A DNA stretch of 59,821 bases, taken from the NCBI GenBank assembly GCA_022768825.1, contig JALEJB010000043.1, forward strand, positions 1-59,821, read 5' to 3'. Positions within the stretch are counted from its first letter, which is position 1. The number at the start of each line of letters is the position of its first letter. The position numbers and the translations under genes are program-made. Source of the DNA: Lachnospiraceae bacterium (lineage in GTDB: Bacteria; Bacillota; Clostridia; Lachnospirales; Lachnospiraceae). Shown piece after piece: positions 59,400 to 59,821 of this stretch. Below the pieces are notes generated by a model. It was not told where the DNA came from. It was given only the letters and a program-made list of their open reading frames with translations, and did not search any database.

Positions 59400-59821
59400 A
59401 TGAACGCAAAAGAAAATTTCTGGGAAAAATACGCAAACAGAACTCCGGAATTATTGGATTTAATGTCTACGATGGAACCCAACAGTTATGTAGCAATTAC
59501 AGATATAGAGACCGGAATCACCTGGTGGTCGAAACAGGCACGCGAATTATTTAACTATGAAGAATGTGTACATTATTCCGCAATGCGTCCGAATTTAAGA
59601 CTTCATCCGGATGATGCAGCGGATTATCGTCAGAATTGGCAGGACCGTATGGAAGGTAAGCATTTAGGCGAGACATTTGAATATCGTATTCTTTTTAATG
59701 ATGTATATATGTTGTTTTCGACCCAAAATGATATGTTGACGGATGAAAATGGGAAACCCTTAGCCTTGATTTCCATCATTCATAATCTGGGTGTGCCAAA
59801 TGATGTCGATATGATTACCGG
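59400..59821 (+). CDS. PAS-domain signalling protein, probably GGDEF(/EAL); truncated by the window edge
   Basis: Manual translation MNAKENFWEK...LHPDD...FEYRI...DMIT; RBS GAGGTGA; extended -10 TGATATAAT at 59339-59347. Confidence 0.72.
   Translation, partial: MNAKENFWEKYANRTPELLDLMSTMEPNSYVAITDIETGITWWSKQARELFNYEECVHYSAMRPNLRLHPDDAADYRQNWQDRMEGKHLGETFEYRILFNDVYMLFSTQNDMLTDENGKPLALISIIHNLGVPNDVDMIT

Noticed and set aside
58989-59482. Short ORFs 58989-59324, 59113-59346 and 59246-59482
   Set aside because: They overlap the palindromic element or real genes, and lack an RBS or recognisable motifs

Overview
Core chromosomal region of a flagellated, probably spore-forming Clostridia bacterium (gene order and protein style suggest Lachnospiraceae). 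Almost all genes are on the minus strand. In transcription order: a degenerate GlgX-like gene, a DUF5662 HD-like gene, a SigK-like sigma factor, comM/yifB-dprA-topA-codY, a ~33 kb fla/che cluster (flgB to sigD plus accessory genes), rpsB-tsf, an inserted block (DUF6033-like gene, CE4 deacetylase, bactofilin), then pyrH-frr-uppS-cdsA-dxr-rseP-ispG-polC. At the right end, on the plus strand, are a DUF1292 gene, a multi-hairpin palindromic element and a truncated PAS(-GGDEF?) gene. No transposase, integrase, CRISPR array, tRNA or rRNA was seen. Main oddities: a GlgX paralogue lacking recognisable catalytic carboxylates; FliI with the Walker A Lys replaced by Thr; a 762-aa FlgE; no cheY or flbD in the cluster; a Na+-type stator signature; a sigma-28-driven DUF6033 monocistron; a deacetylase-bactofilin module coupled to pyrH; and a possible RNase-fold protein next to a structured flgE leader. 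All calls come from motif recognition by eye; no database search was run.
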